Assembly: GCF_009914755.1 (NCBI RefSeq)
Contig: NC_060937.1
Length of the DNA: 64,000 nt
Reading direction: 5' to 3' (one strand)
Source: the human T2T-CHM13v2.0 reference genome, Homo sapiens
The notes beneath the pieces were generated by a model. The model did not search any database. It had not been told where the DNA came from and worked only from the letters and a program-made list of their open reading frames with translations. Below, in pieces: positions 17,001-31,349 of this stretch. Positions within the stretch are counted from its first letter, which is position 1, and the number at the start of each line of letters is the position of its first letter. The position numbers and the translations under genes are program-made.

Positions 17001-17872
17001 ATCAAAGTACCCAAAGCATATATTATATGCTGTACATAAAATATGAAAGTACATCAAATATATATTTTATTCTGTACATAAAATATCAAAGTACACCAAA
17101 TATATATTCTATACTGTACATAAAATATCAAGGTACCCAAACTATACATTATATACTGTACATAAAATATGAAATTACATCAAATATATATTATATTAGG
17201 TACATAAAATATGAAAGTAAATCAAATATAGCTTATATACTGTACATAAAATATCAAAGTACCCAAATATATATCATATACTGTACATGAAATATCAAAG
17301 TTCACAAACTATATATTATATACTGTACATAAAATATCAAAGTACCCAAACTATACATTATATACTGTACATAAAATATGAAATTACATCAAATATATAT
17401 TATATTAGGTATGAAAATATGAAAGTACATCAAATATAGATTATATACTGTACATAAAATACCAAAGTACCCCAAATATATATTTTATACTGTACATGAA
17501 ATATCAAAGTTCTCAAACTATATATTATATACTGCACATAAAATATCAAAGTACCCAAGGTATATATTCCATACTGTACAAAAAATATCAAAGTACCCAA
17601 AGCATATATTATATGCTGTACATAAAATATGAAAGTACATCAAATATAGATTATATACTGTACATAAAATATCAAAGTACACCAAATATATATTCTATAC
17701 TGTACATAAAATATCAAGGTACCCAAACTATACATTATATACTGTACATAAGATATGAAATTACATCAAATATATATTATATTAGGTACATAAAATATGA
17801 AAGTACATCAAATATAGATTATATACTGTACATAAAATCTCAAAGTACCCAAATATATATCATATACTGTAC

Positions 17873-19660
17873 ATGAAATATCAAAGTTCACAAACTATAT
17901 ATTATATACTGTACATAAAATATCAAAGTACCCAAACTATACATTATATACTGTACATAAAATATGAAATTACATCAAATATATATTTTATTAGGTATGT
18001 AAAATATGAAAGTACATCAAATATAGATTATATACTGTACATAAAATACCAAAGTACCCCAAATATATATTTTATACTGTACATGAAATATCAAAGTTCT
18101 CAAACTATATATTATATACTGCACATAAAATATCAAAGTACCCAAGGTATATATTCCATACTGTACAAAAAATATCAAAGTACCCAAAGCATATATTATA
18201 TGCTGTACATAAAATATGAAAGTACATCAAGTATATATTTTATTCTGTACATAAAATATCAAAGTACACCAAGTATATATTCTATACTGTACATAAAATA
18301 TCAAGGTACCCAAACTATACATTATATACTGTATATAAGATATGAAATTACATCAAATATATATTATATTATGTACGTAAAATATGAAAGTACATCAAAT
18401 ATAGCTTATATACTGTACATAAAATATCAAAGTACCCAAATATATATCATATACTGTACATGAAATATCAAAGTTCACACACTATATATTATATACTGTA
18501 CATAAAATATCAAAGTACCCAAACTATACATTATATACTGTACATAAAATATGAAATTACATCAAATATATATTTTATTAGGTATGTAAAATATGAAAGT
18601 ACATCAAATATAGATTATATACTGTACATAAAATACCAAAGTACCCCAAATATATATTTTATACTGTACATGAAATATCAAAGTTCTCAAACTATATATT
18701 ATATACTGCACATAAAATATCAAAGTACCCAAGGTATATATTCCATACTGTACAAAAAATATCAAAGTACCCAAAGCATATATTATATGCTGTACATAAA
18801 ATATGAAAATACATCAAGTATATATTTTATTCTGTACATAAAATATCAAAGTACACCAAGTATATATTCTATACTGTACATAAAATATCAAGGTACCCAA
18901 ACTATACATTATATACTGTATATAAGATATGAAATTACATCAAATATATATTATATTATGTACGTAAAATATGAAAGTACATCAAATATAGCTTATATAC
19001 TGTACATAAAATATCAAAGTACCCAAATATATATCATATACTCTACATGAAATATCAAAGTTCACACACTTTATATTATATACTGTACATAAAATATCAA
19101 AGTACCCAAACTATACATTATATACTGTACATAAAATATGAAATTACATCAAATATATATTTTATTAGGTATGTAAAATATGAAAGTACATCAAATATAG
19201 ATTATATACTGTACATAAAATACCAAAGTACCCCAAATATATATTTTATACTGTACATGAAATATCAAAGTTCTCAAACTATATATTATATACTGCACAT
19301 AAAATATCAAAGTACCCAAGGTATATATTCCATACTGTACAAAAAATATCAAAGTACCCAAAGCATATATTATATGCTGTACATAAAATATGAAAGTACA
19401 TCAAGTATATATTTTATTCTGTACATAAAATATCAAAGTACACCAAGTATATATTCTATACTGTACATAAAATATCAAGGTACCCAAACTATACATTATA
19501 TACTGTATATAAGATATGAAATTACATCAAATATATATTATATTATGTACGTAAAATATGAAAGTACATCAAATATAGCTTATATACTGTACATAAAATA
19601 TCAAAGTACCCAAATATATATCATATACTGTACATGAAATATCAAAGTTCACACACTATA
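17873..19660. repeat. Tandem triplication of one 587-bp HOR variant
   Basis: Units at 17873, 18460 and 19047 share TCAAGTATAT, CCAAGTATAT, TATAAGAT, ATTATGTACGTA and ATAGCTT. TTCACAC occurs near 18475, 19062 and 19649. Confidence 0.9.
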
Positions 19661-20220
19661 TATTATATACTGTACATAAAATATCAAAGTACCCAAACTA
19701 TACATTATATACTGTACATAAAATATGAAATTACATCAAATATATATTTTATTAGGTATGTAAAATATGAAAGTACATCAAATATAGATTATATACTGTA
19801 CATAAAATACCAAAGTACCCCAAATATATATTTTATACTGTACATGAAATATCAAAGTTCTCAAACTATATATTATATACTGCACATAAAATATCAAAGT
19901 ACCCAAGGTATATATTCCATACTGTACAAAAAATATCAAAGTACCCAAAGCATATATTATATGCTGTACATAAAATATGAAAGTAAATGAAATATATATT
20001 TTATTCTCTACATAAAATATCAAAGTACACCAAATATATATTCTATACTGTACATAAAATGTCAAGTTACCCAAAGTATACATTATATACTGTACATAAA
20101 ATATGAAATTACATCAAATATATATTATATTAGGTACATAAAATATGAAAGTACATCAAATATAGATTATATACTGTACATAAAATATCAAAGTACCCAA
20201 ATATATATCATATACTGTAC

Positions 20221-22187
20221 ATGAAATATCAAAGTTCACAAACTATATATTATATACTGTACATAAAATATCAAAGTACCCAAAGTATACATTATATACT
20301 GTACATAAAATATGAAATTACATCAAATATATATTATATTAGGTATGTAAAATATGAAAGTACATCAAATATAGATTATATACTGTACATAAAATACCAA
20401 AGTACCCCAAATATATATTTTATACTGTACATGAAATATCAAAGTTCTCAAAATATATATTATATACTGCACATAAAATATCAAAGTACCCAAGGTATAT
20501 ATTCCATACTGTACAAAAAATATCAAAGTACCCAAAGCATATATTATATGCTGTACATAAAATATGAAAGTACATCAAATATATATTTTATTCTGTACAT
20601 AAAATATCAAAGTACACCAAATACATATTCTAAACTGCACATAAAATATAAAGGTACCCAAACTATACATTATATACTGTACATAAAATATGAAATTACA
20701 TCAAATATATATTATATTAGGGACATAAAATATGAAAGTACATCAAATATAGATTATATACTGTACATAAAATATCAAAGTACCCAAATATATATCATAT
20801 AGTGTACATGAAATATCAGTTCACAAACTATATATTATATACCGTACATAAAATATAAAAGTACCCAAACTATACATTATATACTGTACATAAAATATGA
20901 AATTACATCAAATATATATTTTATTAGGTATGTAAAATATGAAAGTACATCAAATATAGATTATATACTGTACATAAAATACCAAAGTACCCCAAATATA
21001 TATTTTATACTGTACATGAAATATCAAAGTTCTCAAACTATATATTATATACTGCACATAAAATATCAACGTACCCAAGGTATATATTCCATACTGTACA
21101 AAAAATATCAAAGTACCCAAAGCATATATTATATTCTGTACATAAAATATGAAAGTACATCAAATATATATTTTATTCTGTACATAAAATATCAAAGTGC
21201 ACCAAATATATATTCTATACTGTACATAAAATATCAAGGTACCCAAACTATACATTATATACTGTACATAAAATATGAAATTACATCAAATATATATTAT
21301 ATTAGGTACATAAAATATGAAAGTACATCAAATATAGATTATATACTGTACATAAAATATCAAAGTACCCAAATATATATCATATACTGTACATGAAATA
21401 TCAAAGTTCACAAACTATATATTATATACTGTACATAAAATATCAAAGTACCCAAAGTATACATTATATACTGTACATAAAATATGAAATTACATCAAAT
21501 ATATATTATATTAGGTATGTAAAATATGAAAGTACATCAAATATAGATTATATACTGTACATAAAATACCAAAGTACCCCAAATATATATTTTATACTGT
21601 ACATGAAATATCAAAGTTCTCAAAATATATATTATATACTGCACATAAAATATCAAAGTACCCAAGGTATATATTCCATACTGTACAAAAAATATCAAAG
21701 TACCCAAAGCATATATTATATGCTGTACATAAAATATGAAGGTACATCAAATATATATTTTATTCTGTACATAAAATATCAAAGTACACCAAATACATAT
21801 TCTAAACTGCACATAAAATATAAAGGTACCCAAACTATACATTATATACTGTACATAAAATATGAAATTACATCAAATATATATTATATTAGGTACATAA
21901 AATATGAAAGTACATCAAATATAGATTATATACTGTACATAAAATATCAAAGTACCCAAATATATATCATATACTGTACATGAAATATCAGTTCACAAAC
22001 TATATATTATATACCGTACATAAAATATAAAAGTACCCAAACTATACATTATATACTGTACATAAAATATGAAATTACATCAAATATATATTTTATTAGG
22101 TATGTAAAATATGAAAGTACATCAAATATAGATTATATACTGTACATAAAATACCAAAGTACCCCAAATATATATTTTATACTGTAC
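20221..22187. repeat. 1,172-bp tandem duplication (2 HOR units), second copy truncated at the junction
   Basis: ORFs at 20221 and 21393 are near-identical. Both copies carry AATACATATTCTAAACTGCAC, the AATATCAGTTCA 2-bp deletion and ATACCGTAC. Confidence 0.9.
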
Positions 22188-22221
22188 ATGAAATACCCCA
22201 AATATATATTTTATACTCTAC
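22188..22221. other. Domain junction: 34-bp fused monomer
   Basis: ATGAAATA|CCCCAAATATATATTTTATACTCTAC. ATG at 22188 and next ATG at 22222 give 34 bp instead of 42. Diagnostic variants change on either side. Confidence 0.9.
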
Positions 22222-24299
22222 ATGAAATATCAAAGTTCACAAACTCTTTATTATATACTGTACATAAAATATCAAAATACCCAAGGTATATATTCTATAT
22301 TGTACAAAAAATATCAAAGTACCCAAAGCATGTATTATATACTGTATATAAAATATGAAAATACATTAAATATATATTTTATTCTGTACATAAAATATCA
22401 AAGTACACCAGATATATATTCTATAGTGTACATAAAATAACAAAGTACACAAACTATAAATTATATACTGTACATAAAATATGAAATTACATCAAATATA
22501 TATTATTTACATAAAATATGAAAGTACATCAAATATAGATTATATACTGTACATAAAATATCAAAGTACCCCAAATATATATTATATACTGTACATGAAA
22601 TATCAAAGTTCACAAACTATATATTATATACTTTACATAAAATATCAAAGTACCCAAGGTTTATATTCTATACTGTACAAAAAATATCAAAGTACCCAAA
22701 GCATGTATTATATACTGTACATAAAATATGAAAGTACATCAAATATATATTTTATTCTGTACATAAAATATCAAAGTACACCAGATATATATTCTATAGT
22801 GTACATAAAATAACAAAGTACACAAACTATAAATTATATACTGTACATAAAATATGAAATTACATCAAATATATATTAGGTACATAAAATATGAAAGTAC
22901 ATCAAATATAGATTATATACTGTACATAAAATATAAATGTACCCCAAATATATATTTTATACTCTACATGAAATATGAAAGTTCACAAACCATATATTAT
23001 ATACTGTACATAAAATATCAAAGTACCCAAGGTATATATTCTATACTGTACAAAAAATATCAAAGTACACAAAGCATGTATTATATACTGTACATAAAAT
23101 ATGAAAGTACATCAAATATATATTTTATTCTGTACATAAAATATCAAAGTACACCAGATATATATTCTATAGTGTACATAAAATATCAAAGTACCCAAAC
23201 TATTTATTATATACTGTACATAAAATATGAAATTACATCAAATATATATTATATTAGGTACATAAAATATGAAAGTACATCAAATATAGATTATATACTG
23301 TACATGAAATACCGAAGTACCCCAAATATATATTTTATACGGTACATGAAATATCAAAGTTCACAAACTATATATTATATACTGTATATAAAATATCAAT
23401 GCACCCAAGGTATATATTCTATACTGTACAAAAAATATCAAAGTACCCAAAGCATGTATTACATACTGTACATAAAATATGAAAGTACATCAAATATATA
23501 TTTTATTCTGTACATAAAATATCAAAGTACACCAGATATATATTCTATAGTGTACATAAAATATCAAAGTACCCAAACTATACATTATATACTGTACATA
23601 AAATATGAAATTACATCAAATTTATATTAGGTACATAAAATATGAAAGTACATCAAATATAGATTATATACTGTACATAAAATATCAAACTAACCCAAAT
23701 ATATATTATATACTCTACATGAAATATCAAAGTTCACAAACTATATATTATATACTGTACATAAAATATCCAAGTACCCAAGGTATATATTCTATACTGT
23801 ACAAAAAATATCAACGTACCCAAAGCATGTATTATATACTGTACATAAAATATGAAAGTACATCAAATATATATTTTATTCTGTACATAAAATATCAAAG
23901 TACACCAGATATATATTCTATAGTGTACATAAAATATCAAAGTACCCAAACTATACATTATATACTGTACATAAATATGAGATTACATCAAATATATATA
24001 TTAGGTACATAAAATATGAAAGTACATCAGATATAGATTATATACTGTACATAAAATATCAATGTACCCCAAATATATATTTTATACTCTACATGAAATA
24101 TCAAAGTTCACAAACTCTTTATTATATACTGTACATAAAATATCAAAATACCCAAGGTATATATTCTATATTGTACAAAAAATATCAAAGTACCCAAAGC
24201 ATGTATTATATACTGTATATAAAATATGAAAATACATTAAATATATATTTTATTCTGTACATAAAATATCAAAGTACACCAGATATATATTCTATAGTG

Positions 24300-27200
24300 T
24301 ACATAAAATAACAAAGTACACAAACTATAAATTATATACTGTACATAAAATATGAAATTACATCAAATATATATTAGGTACATAAAATATGAAAGTACAT
24401 CAAATATAGATTATATACTGTACATATAATATTAATGTACCCCAAATATATATTTTATACTCTACATGAAATATCAAAGTTCACAAACCATACATTATAT
24501 ACTGTACATAAAATATCAAAGTACCCAAGGTATATATTCTATACTGTACAAAAAATATCAAAGTACCCAAAGCATGTATTTTATACTGTACATAAAATAT
24601 GAAAGTACATCAAATATATATTTTATTCTGTACATAAAATATCAAAGTACACCAGATATATATTCTATAGTGTACATAAAATATCAAAGTACCCAAACTA
24701 TACATTATATACTGTACATAAAATATGAAATTACATCAAATATATATTAGGTACATAAAATATGAAAGTACATCAAATATAGATTATATACTGTACATAA
24801 AATATCAATGTACCCCAAATATATATTATATGCTCTATATGAAATATCAAAGTTCACAAACTATATATTATATACTGTACATAAAATATCAAAGTACCCT
24901 AGGTATATATTCTATACTGTACAAAAAATATCAAAGTACCCAAAGCATGTATTATATACTGTACATAAAATATGAAAGTACATCAAATATATATTTTATT
25001 CTGTACATAAAATATCAAAGTACACCAGATATATATTCTCTAGTGTACATAAAATATCAAAGTACCCAAACTATACATTATGTACTGTACATAAAATATG
25101 AAATTACATCAAATATATATTTTATTCTGTACATAAAATATCAAAGTACCCCAAATGTATATTATATACTGTACATGAAATATCAAATTTCCCAAACTAT
25201 ATATTATATACTGTACATAAAATATGAATGTATCCAATGTATATATTCTATACTGTACAAAAAATATCAAAGTACCCAAACCATGTATTTTATACTGTAC
25301 ATAAAATATGAAAGTACATCAAATATATATTTTATTCTGTACATAAAATATCAAAGTACACCAGATATATATTCTATAGTGTACATAAAATATCAAAGTA
25401 CCCAAACTATACATTATACACTGTACATAAAATATGAAATTACATCAAATATATATTAGGTACATAAAATATGAAAGTACATCAAATATAGATTATATAC
25501 TGTACATAAAATATCAAAGTACCCCAAATATATATTATATACTCTACATGAAATATCAAAGTTCACAAACTATATATTATATACTGTACATAAAATATCA
25601 AAGTACCCAAGGTATATATTCTATACTGTACAAAAAATATCAAAGTACCCAAGCATGTATTATATACTGTACATAAAATATGAAACTACATCAAATATAT
25701 ATTTTATTCTGTACATAAAATATCAAAGTACACCAGACATATATTCTATAGTGTACATAAAATATCAAAGTACCCAAACTATACATTATATACTGTACAT
25801 AAAATATGAAATTACATCAAATATATATTATATTAGGTACATAAAATATGAAAGTACATCAAATATAGATTATATACTGTACATGAAATACCAAAGTACC
25901 CCAATTATATATTTTATACGGTACATGAAATATCAAAGTTCACAAACTATATATTATATATTGTACATAAAAAATCAAAGTACCCAAGGTATATATTCCA
26001 TACTGTACAAAAAATATCAAAGTACCCAAAGCATGTATTATATACTGTACATAAAATATGAAAGTACATCAAATATATATTTTATTCTGTACATAAAATA
26101 TCAAAGTACACCAGATATATATTCTATAGTGTGCATAAAATATCAAAGTACCCAAACTATACATTATATACTGTACATAAAATATGAAATTACATCAAAT
26201 TTATATTAGCTACATAAAATATGAAAGTACATCAAATATAGATTATATACTGTACATAAAATATCAAAGTACCCCAAATATATATTATATACTCTACATG
26301 AAATATCAAAGTTCACAAACTATATATTATATACTGTACATAAAATATCCAAGTACCCAAGGTATATATTCTATACTGTACAAAAAATATCAACGTACCC
26401 AAAGCATGTATTATATACTGTATATAAAATATGAAAGTACATCATATATATATTTTATTCTGTACATAAAATATCAAAGTACACCAGATATATATTCTAT
26501 AGTGTACATAAAATAACAAAGTAAAAAACTATAAAATATATGCTTTACATAAAATATGAAATTACATCAAATATATATTAGGTACATAAAATATGAAAGT
26601 ACATCAAATATAGATTATATACTGTACATAAAATATCAATATACCCCAAATATATATTTTATACTCTACATGAAATATCAAAGTTCATAAACCATATATT
26701 ATATACTGTACATAAAATATCAAAGTACCCAAGGTATATATTCTATACTGTACAAAAAATATCAAAGTACCCAAAGCATGTATTATATACTGTACATAAA
26801 ATATGAAACTACATCAAATATATATTTTATTCTGTAAATAAAATATCAAAGTACACCAGATATATATTCTATAGTGTACATAAAATATCAAAGTACCCAA
26901 ACTATTTATTATATACTGTACATAAAATATGAAATTACATCAAATATATATTATATTAGGTACATAAAATATGAAAGTACATCAAATATAGATTATATAC
27001 TCTACATGAAATACCAAAGTACCCGAAATATATATTTTATACAGTACATGAAATATCAAAGTTCACAAAATATATATTATATACTGTACATAAAATATCA
27101 AAGTACCCATGGTATATATTCTATACTGTACAAAAAATATGAAAGTACCCAAAGCATGTATTATATACTGTACATAAAATATGAAAGTACATCAAATATA

Positions 27201-29000
27201 TATTTTATTCTGTACATAAAATATCAAAGTACACCAGATATATATTCTATAGTGTTCATAAAATATAAAAGTACCCAAACTATACATTATATACTGTACA
27301 TAAAATATGAAATTACATCAAATATATATTATATTAGGTACATAAAATATGAAAGTACATCAAATATAGATTATATACTGTACATAAAATATCAAAGTAC
27401 CCCTAATATATATTATATACTCTACATGAAATGTCAAAGTTCACAAACTATATATTATATACTGTACATAAAATATCAAAGTACCCAAGGTATGTATTCT
27501 ATACTGTCCAAAAAATATCAAAGTATCCAAAGCATGTATTATATACTGTATATAAAATATGAAAGTACATTAAATATATATTTTATTCTGTACATAAAAT
27601 ATCAAAGTACACCAGATATATATTCTATAGTGTACATAAAATAACAAAGTACACAAACTATAAATTATATACTGTACATAAAATATGAAATTACATCAAA
27701 TATATTTTAGGTACATAAAATATGAAAGTACATCAAATATAGATTATATACTGTACATATAATATTAATGTACCCCAAATATATATTTTATACTCTACAT
27801 GAAATATCAAAGTTCACAAACCATACATTATATACTGTACATAAAATATCAAAGTACCGAAGGTATATATTCTATACTGTACAAAAAATATCAAAGTACC
27901 CAAAGCATGTATTTTATACTGTACATAAAATATGAAAGTACATCAAATATATATTTTATTCTGTACATAAAATATCAAAGTACACCAGATATATATTCTA
28001 TAGTGTACATAAAATATCAAAGTACCCAAACTATACATTATATACTGTACATAAAATATGAAATTACATCAAATATATATTAGGTACATAAAATATGAAA
28101 GTACATCAAATATAGATTATATACTGTACATAAAATATCAATGTACCCCAAATATATATTATATGCTCTATATGAAATATCAAAGTTCACAAACTATATA
28201 TTATATACTGTACATAAAATATCAAAGTACCCTAGGTATATATTCTATACTGTACAAAAAATATCAAAGTACCCAAAGCATGTATTATATACTGTACATA
28301 AAATATGAAAGTACATCAAATATATATTTTATTCTGTACATAAAATATCAAAGTACACCAGATATATATTCTCTAGTGTACATAAAATATCAAAGTACCC
28401 AAACTATACATTATGTACTGTACATAAAATATGAAATTACATCAAATATATATTTTATTCTGTACATAAAATATCAAAGTACCCCAAATGTATATTATAT
28501 ACTGTACATGAAATATCAAAGTTCCCAAACTATATATTATATACTGTACATAAAATATGAATGTATCCAATGTATATATTCTATACTGTACAAAAAATAT
28601 CAAAGTACCCAAACCATGTATTTTATACTGTACATAAAATATGAAAGTACATCAAATATATATTTTATTCTGTACATAAAATATCAAAGTACACCAGATA
28701 TATATTCTATAGTGTACATAAAATATCAAAGTACCCAAACTATACATTATACACTGTACATAAAATATGAAATTACATCAAATATATATTAGGTACATAA
28801 AATATGAAAGTACATCAAATATAGATTATATACTGTACATAAAATATCAAAGTACCCCAAATATATATTATATACTCTACATGAAATATCAAAGTTCACA
28901 AACTATATATTATATACTGTACATAAAATATCAAAGTACCCAAGGTATATATTCTATACTGTACAAAAAATATCAAAGTACCCAAAGCATGTATTATATA
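24300..29000. repeat. Block duplication with 3,333-bp spacing, including an 8-monomer unit
   Basis: ORFs 24466/27799, 24725/28058 and 25434/28767 are each 3333 apart and share rare variants (ATTAATG, CCTAGG, TCTCTAGTG, GAATGTATCCAATG). Confidence 0.88.
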
Positions 29001-31349
29001 CTGTACATAAAATATGAAAGTACATCAAATATATATTTTATTCTGTACATAAAATATCAAAGTACACCAGATATATATTCTATAGTGTACATAAAATAAC
29101 AAAGTACACAAACTATAAAATATATACTGTACATAAAATGTGAAATTACATCAAATATATATTAGGTACATAATATATGAAAGTACATCAAATATAGATT
29201 ATATACTGTACATAAAATATCAATGTACCCCAAATATATATTTTATACTCTACATGAAATATCAAAGTTCACAAACCATATATTATATACTGTACATAAA
29301 ATATCAAAATACCCAAGGTATATATTCTATACTGTACAAAAAATATCAAAGTACCCAAGCATGTATTATATACTGTACATAAAATATGAAACTACATCAA
29401 ATATATATTTTATTCTGTACATAAAATATCAAAGTACACCAGACATATATTCTATAGTGTACATAAAATATCAAAGTACCCAAACTATACATTATATACT
29501 GTACATAAAGTATGAAATTACATCAAATATATATTATATTAGGTACATAAAATATGAAAGCACATCAAATATAGATTATATACTGTACATTAAATACCAA
29601 ATTACCCCAAACATATATTTTATACTGTACATCAAATATCAAAGTTCACAAACTATATATTATATACTGTACATAAAATATCAAAGTAGCCATGGTATAC
29701 ATTCTATACTGTACAAAAAATATCAAAATACCAAAAGCATGTATTATATACTGTACATAAAATATGAAAGTACATCAAATATATATTTTATTCTGTACAT
29801 AAAATATCAAAGTACACCAGATATATACTCTATAGTGTACATAAAATATAAAAGTACCCAAACTATACATTATATACTGTACATAAAATATGAAATTACA
29901 TCAAATATATATTATATTAGGTACATAAAATATGAAAGTACATCAAATATAGATTATATACTGTACATAAAATATCAAAGTACCCCAAATATATATTATA
30001 TACTCTACATGAAATATCAAAGTTTACAAACTATATATTATATACTGTACATAAAATATCAAAGTACCCAAGGTATGTATTCTATACTGTCCAAAAAATA
30101 TCAAAGTATCCAAAGCATGTATTATATACTGTATATAAAATATGAAAGTACATTAAATATATATTTTATTCTGTACATAAAATATCAAAGTACACCAGAT
30201 ACATATTCTATAGTGTACATAAAATAACAACGTACACAAACTATATATTATATACTGTACATAAAATATGAAATTACATCAAATATATATTAGGTACATA
30301 AAATATGAAAGTACATCAAATATAGATTATATACTGTACATATAATATCAATGTACCCCAAATATATATTTTATACTCTACATGAAATATCAAAGTTCAC
30401 ACACCATACATTATATACTGTACATAAAATATCAAAGTACCCAAGGTATATATTCTATACTGTACAGAAAATATCAAAGTACCCAAAGCATGTATTTTAT
30501 ACTGTACATAAAATATGAAAGTACATCAAATATATATTGTATTCTGTACATAAAATATCAAAGTACACCAGATATATATTCTATAGTGTACATTAAATAA
30601 CAAAGTACACAAACTATAAATTATATACTATACATAAAATAGGAAATTACATCAAATATATATTAGGTACATAAAATATGAAAGTACGTCAAATATAGAT
30701 TATATACTGTACATAAAATATCAATGTACCCGAAATATATATTTTATACTCTACATGAAATATTAAAGTTCACAAACCATATATTATATAATGTACATAA
30801 AATATCAAAGTACCCAAGGTATATATTCTATACTGTACAAAAAATATCAAAGTACCCAAAGCATGTATTATATACTGTACATAAAATATGAAAGTACATC
30901 AAATATATATTTTATTCTGTACATAAAATATCAAAGTACACCAGATATATATTCTATAGTGTACATAAAATAACAAAGTACACAAACTATAAATTATATA
31001 CTGTAGATAAAATATGAAATTACATCAAATATATATTAGGTACATAAAATATGAAAGTACATCAAATATAGATTATATACTGTACATATAATATCAATGT
31101 ACCCCAAATACATATTTTATACTCTACATGAAATATCAAAGTTCACAAACCATACATTATATACTGTACATAACATATCAAAGTATCCAAGGTATATATT
31201 CTATACTATACAAAAAATATAAAAGTACCCAAAGCATGTATTATATACTGTACATAAAATATGAAAGTACATCAAATATATATTTAATTCTGTACATAAA
31301 ATATCAAAGTACACCAGATATATATTCTATAGTGTACATAAAATATCAA

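Larger units (their letters stand above)
1..22187. repeat. HSat1A domain with 587-bp 14-monomer HOR (about 38 copies)
   Basis: Unit starts (ATGAAATATCAAAGTTCAC) fall at 1444, 2031, 2618, 3205, 3792, 4379, 4966, 5553 ... 21393, 21980, a 587-bp spacing (occasionally 585 or 586). 14x42-1=587, and the -1 lies in the monomer ending CCCAAATATATATCATATAC. Diagnostic variants: TTCCATAC, AGCATATATTATATGCTG, GGTACCC, CTGCACAT, GGTATGTA. Confidence 0.95.
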
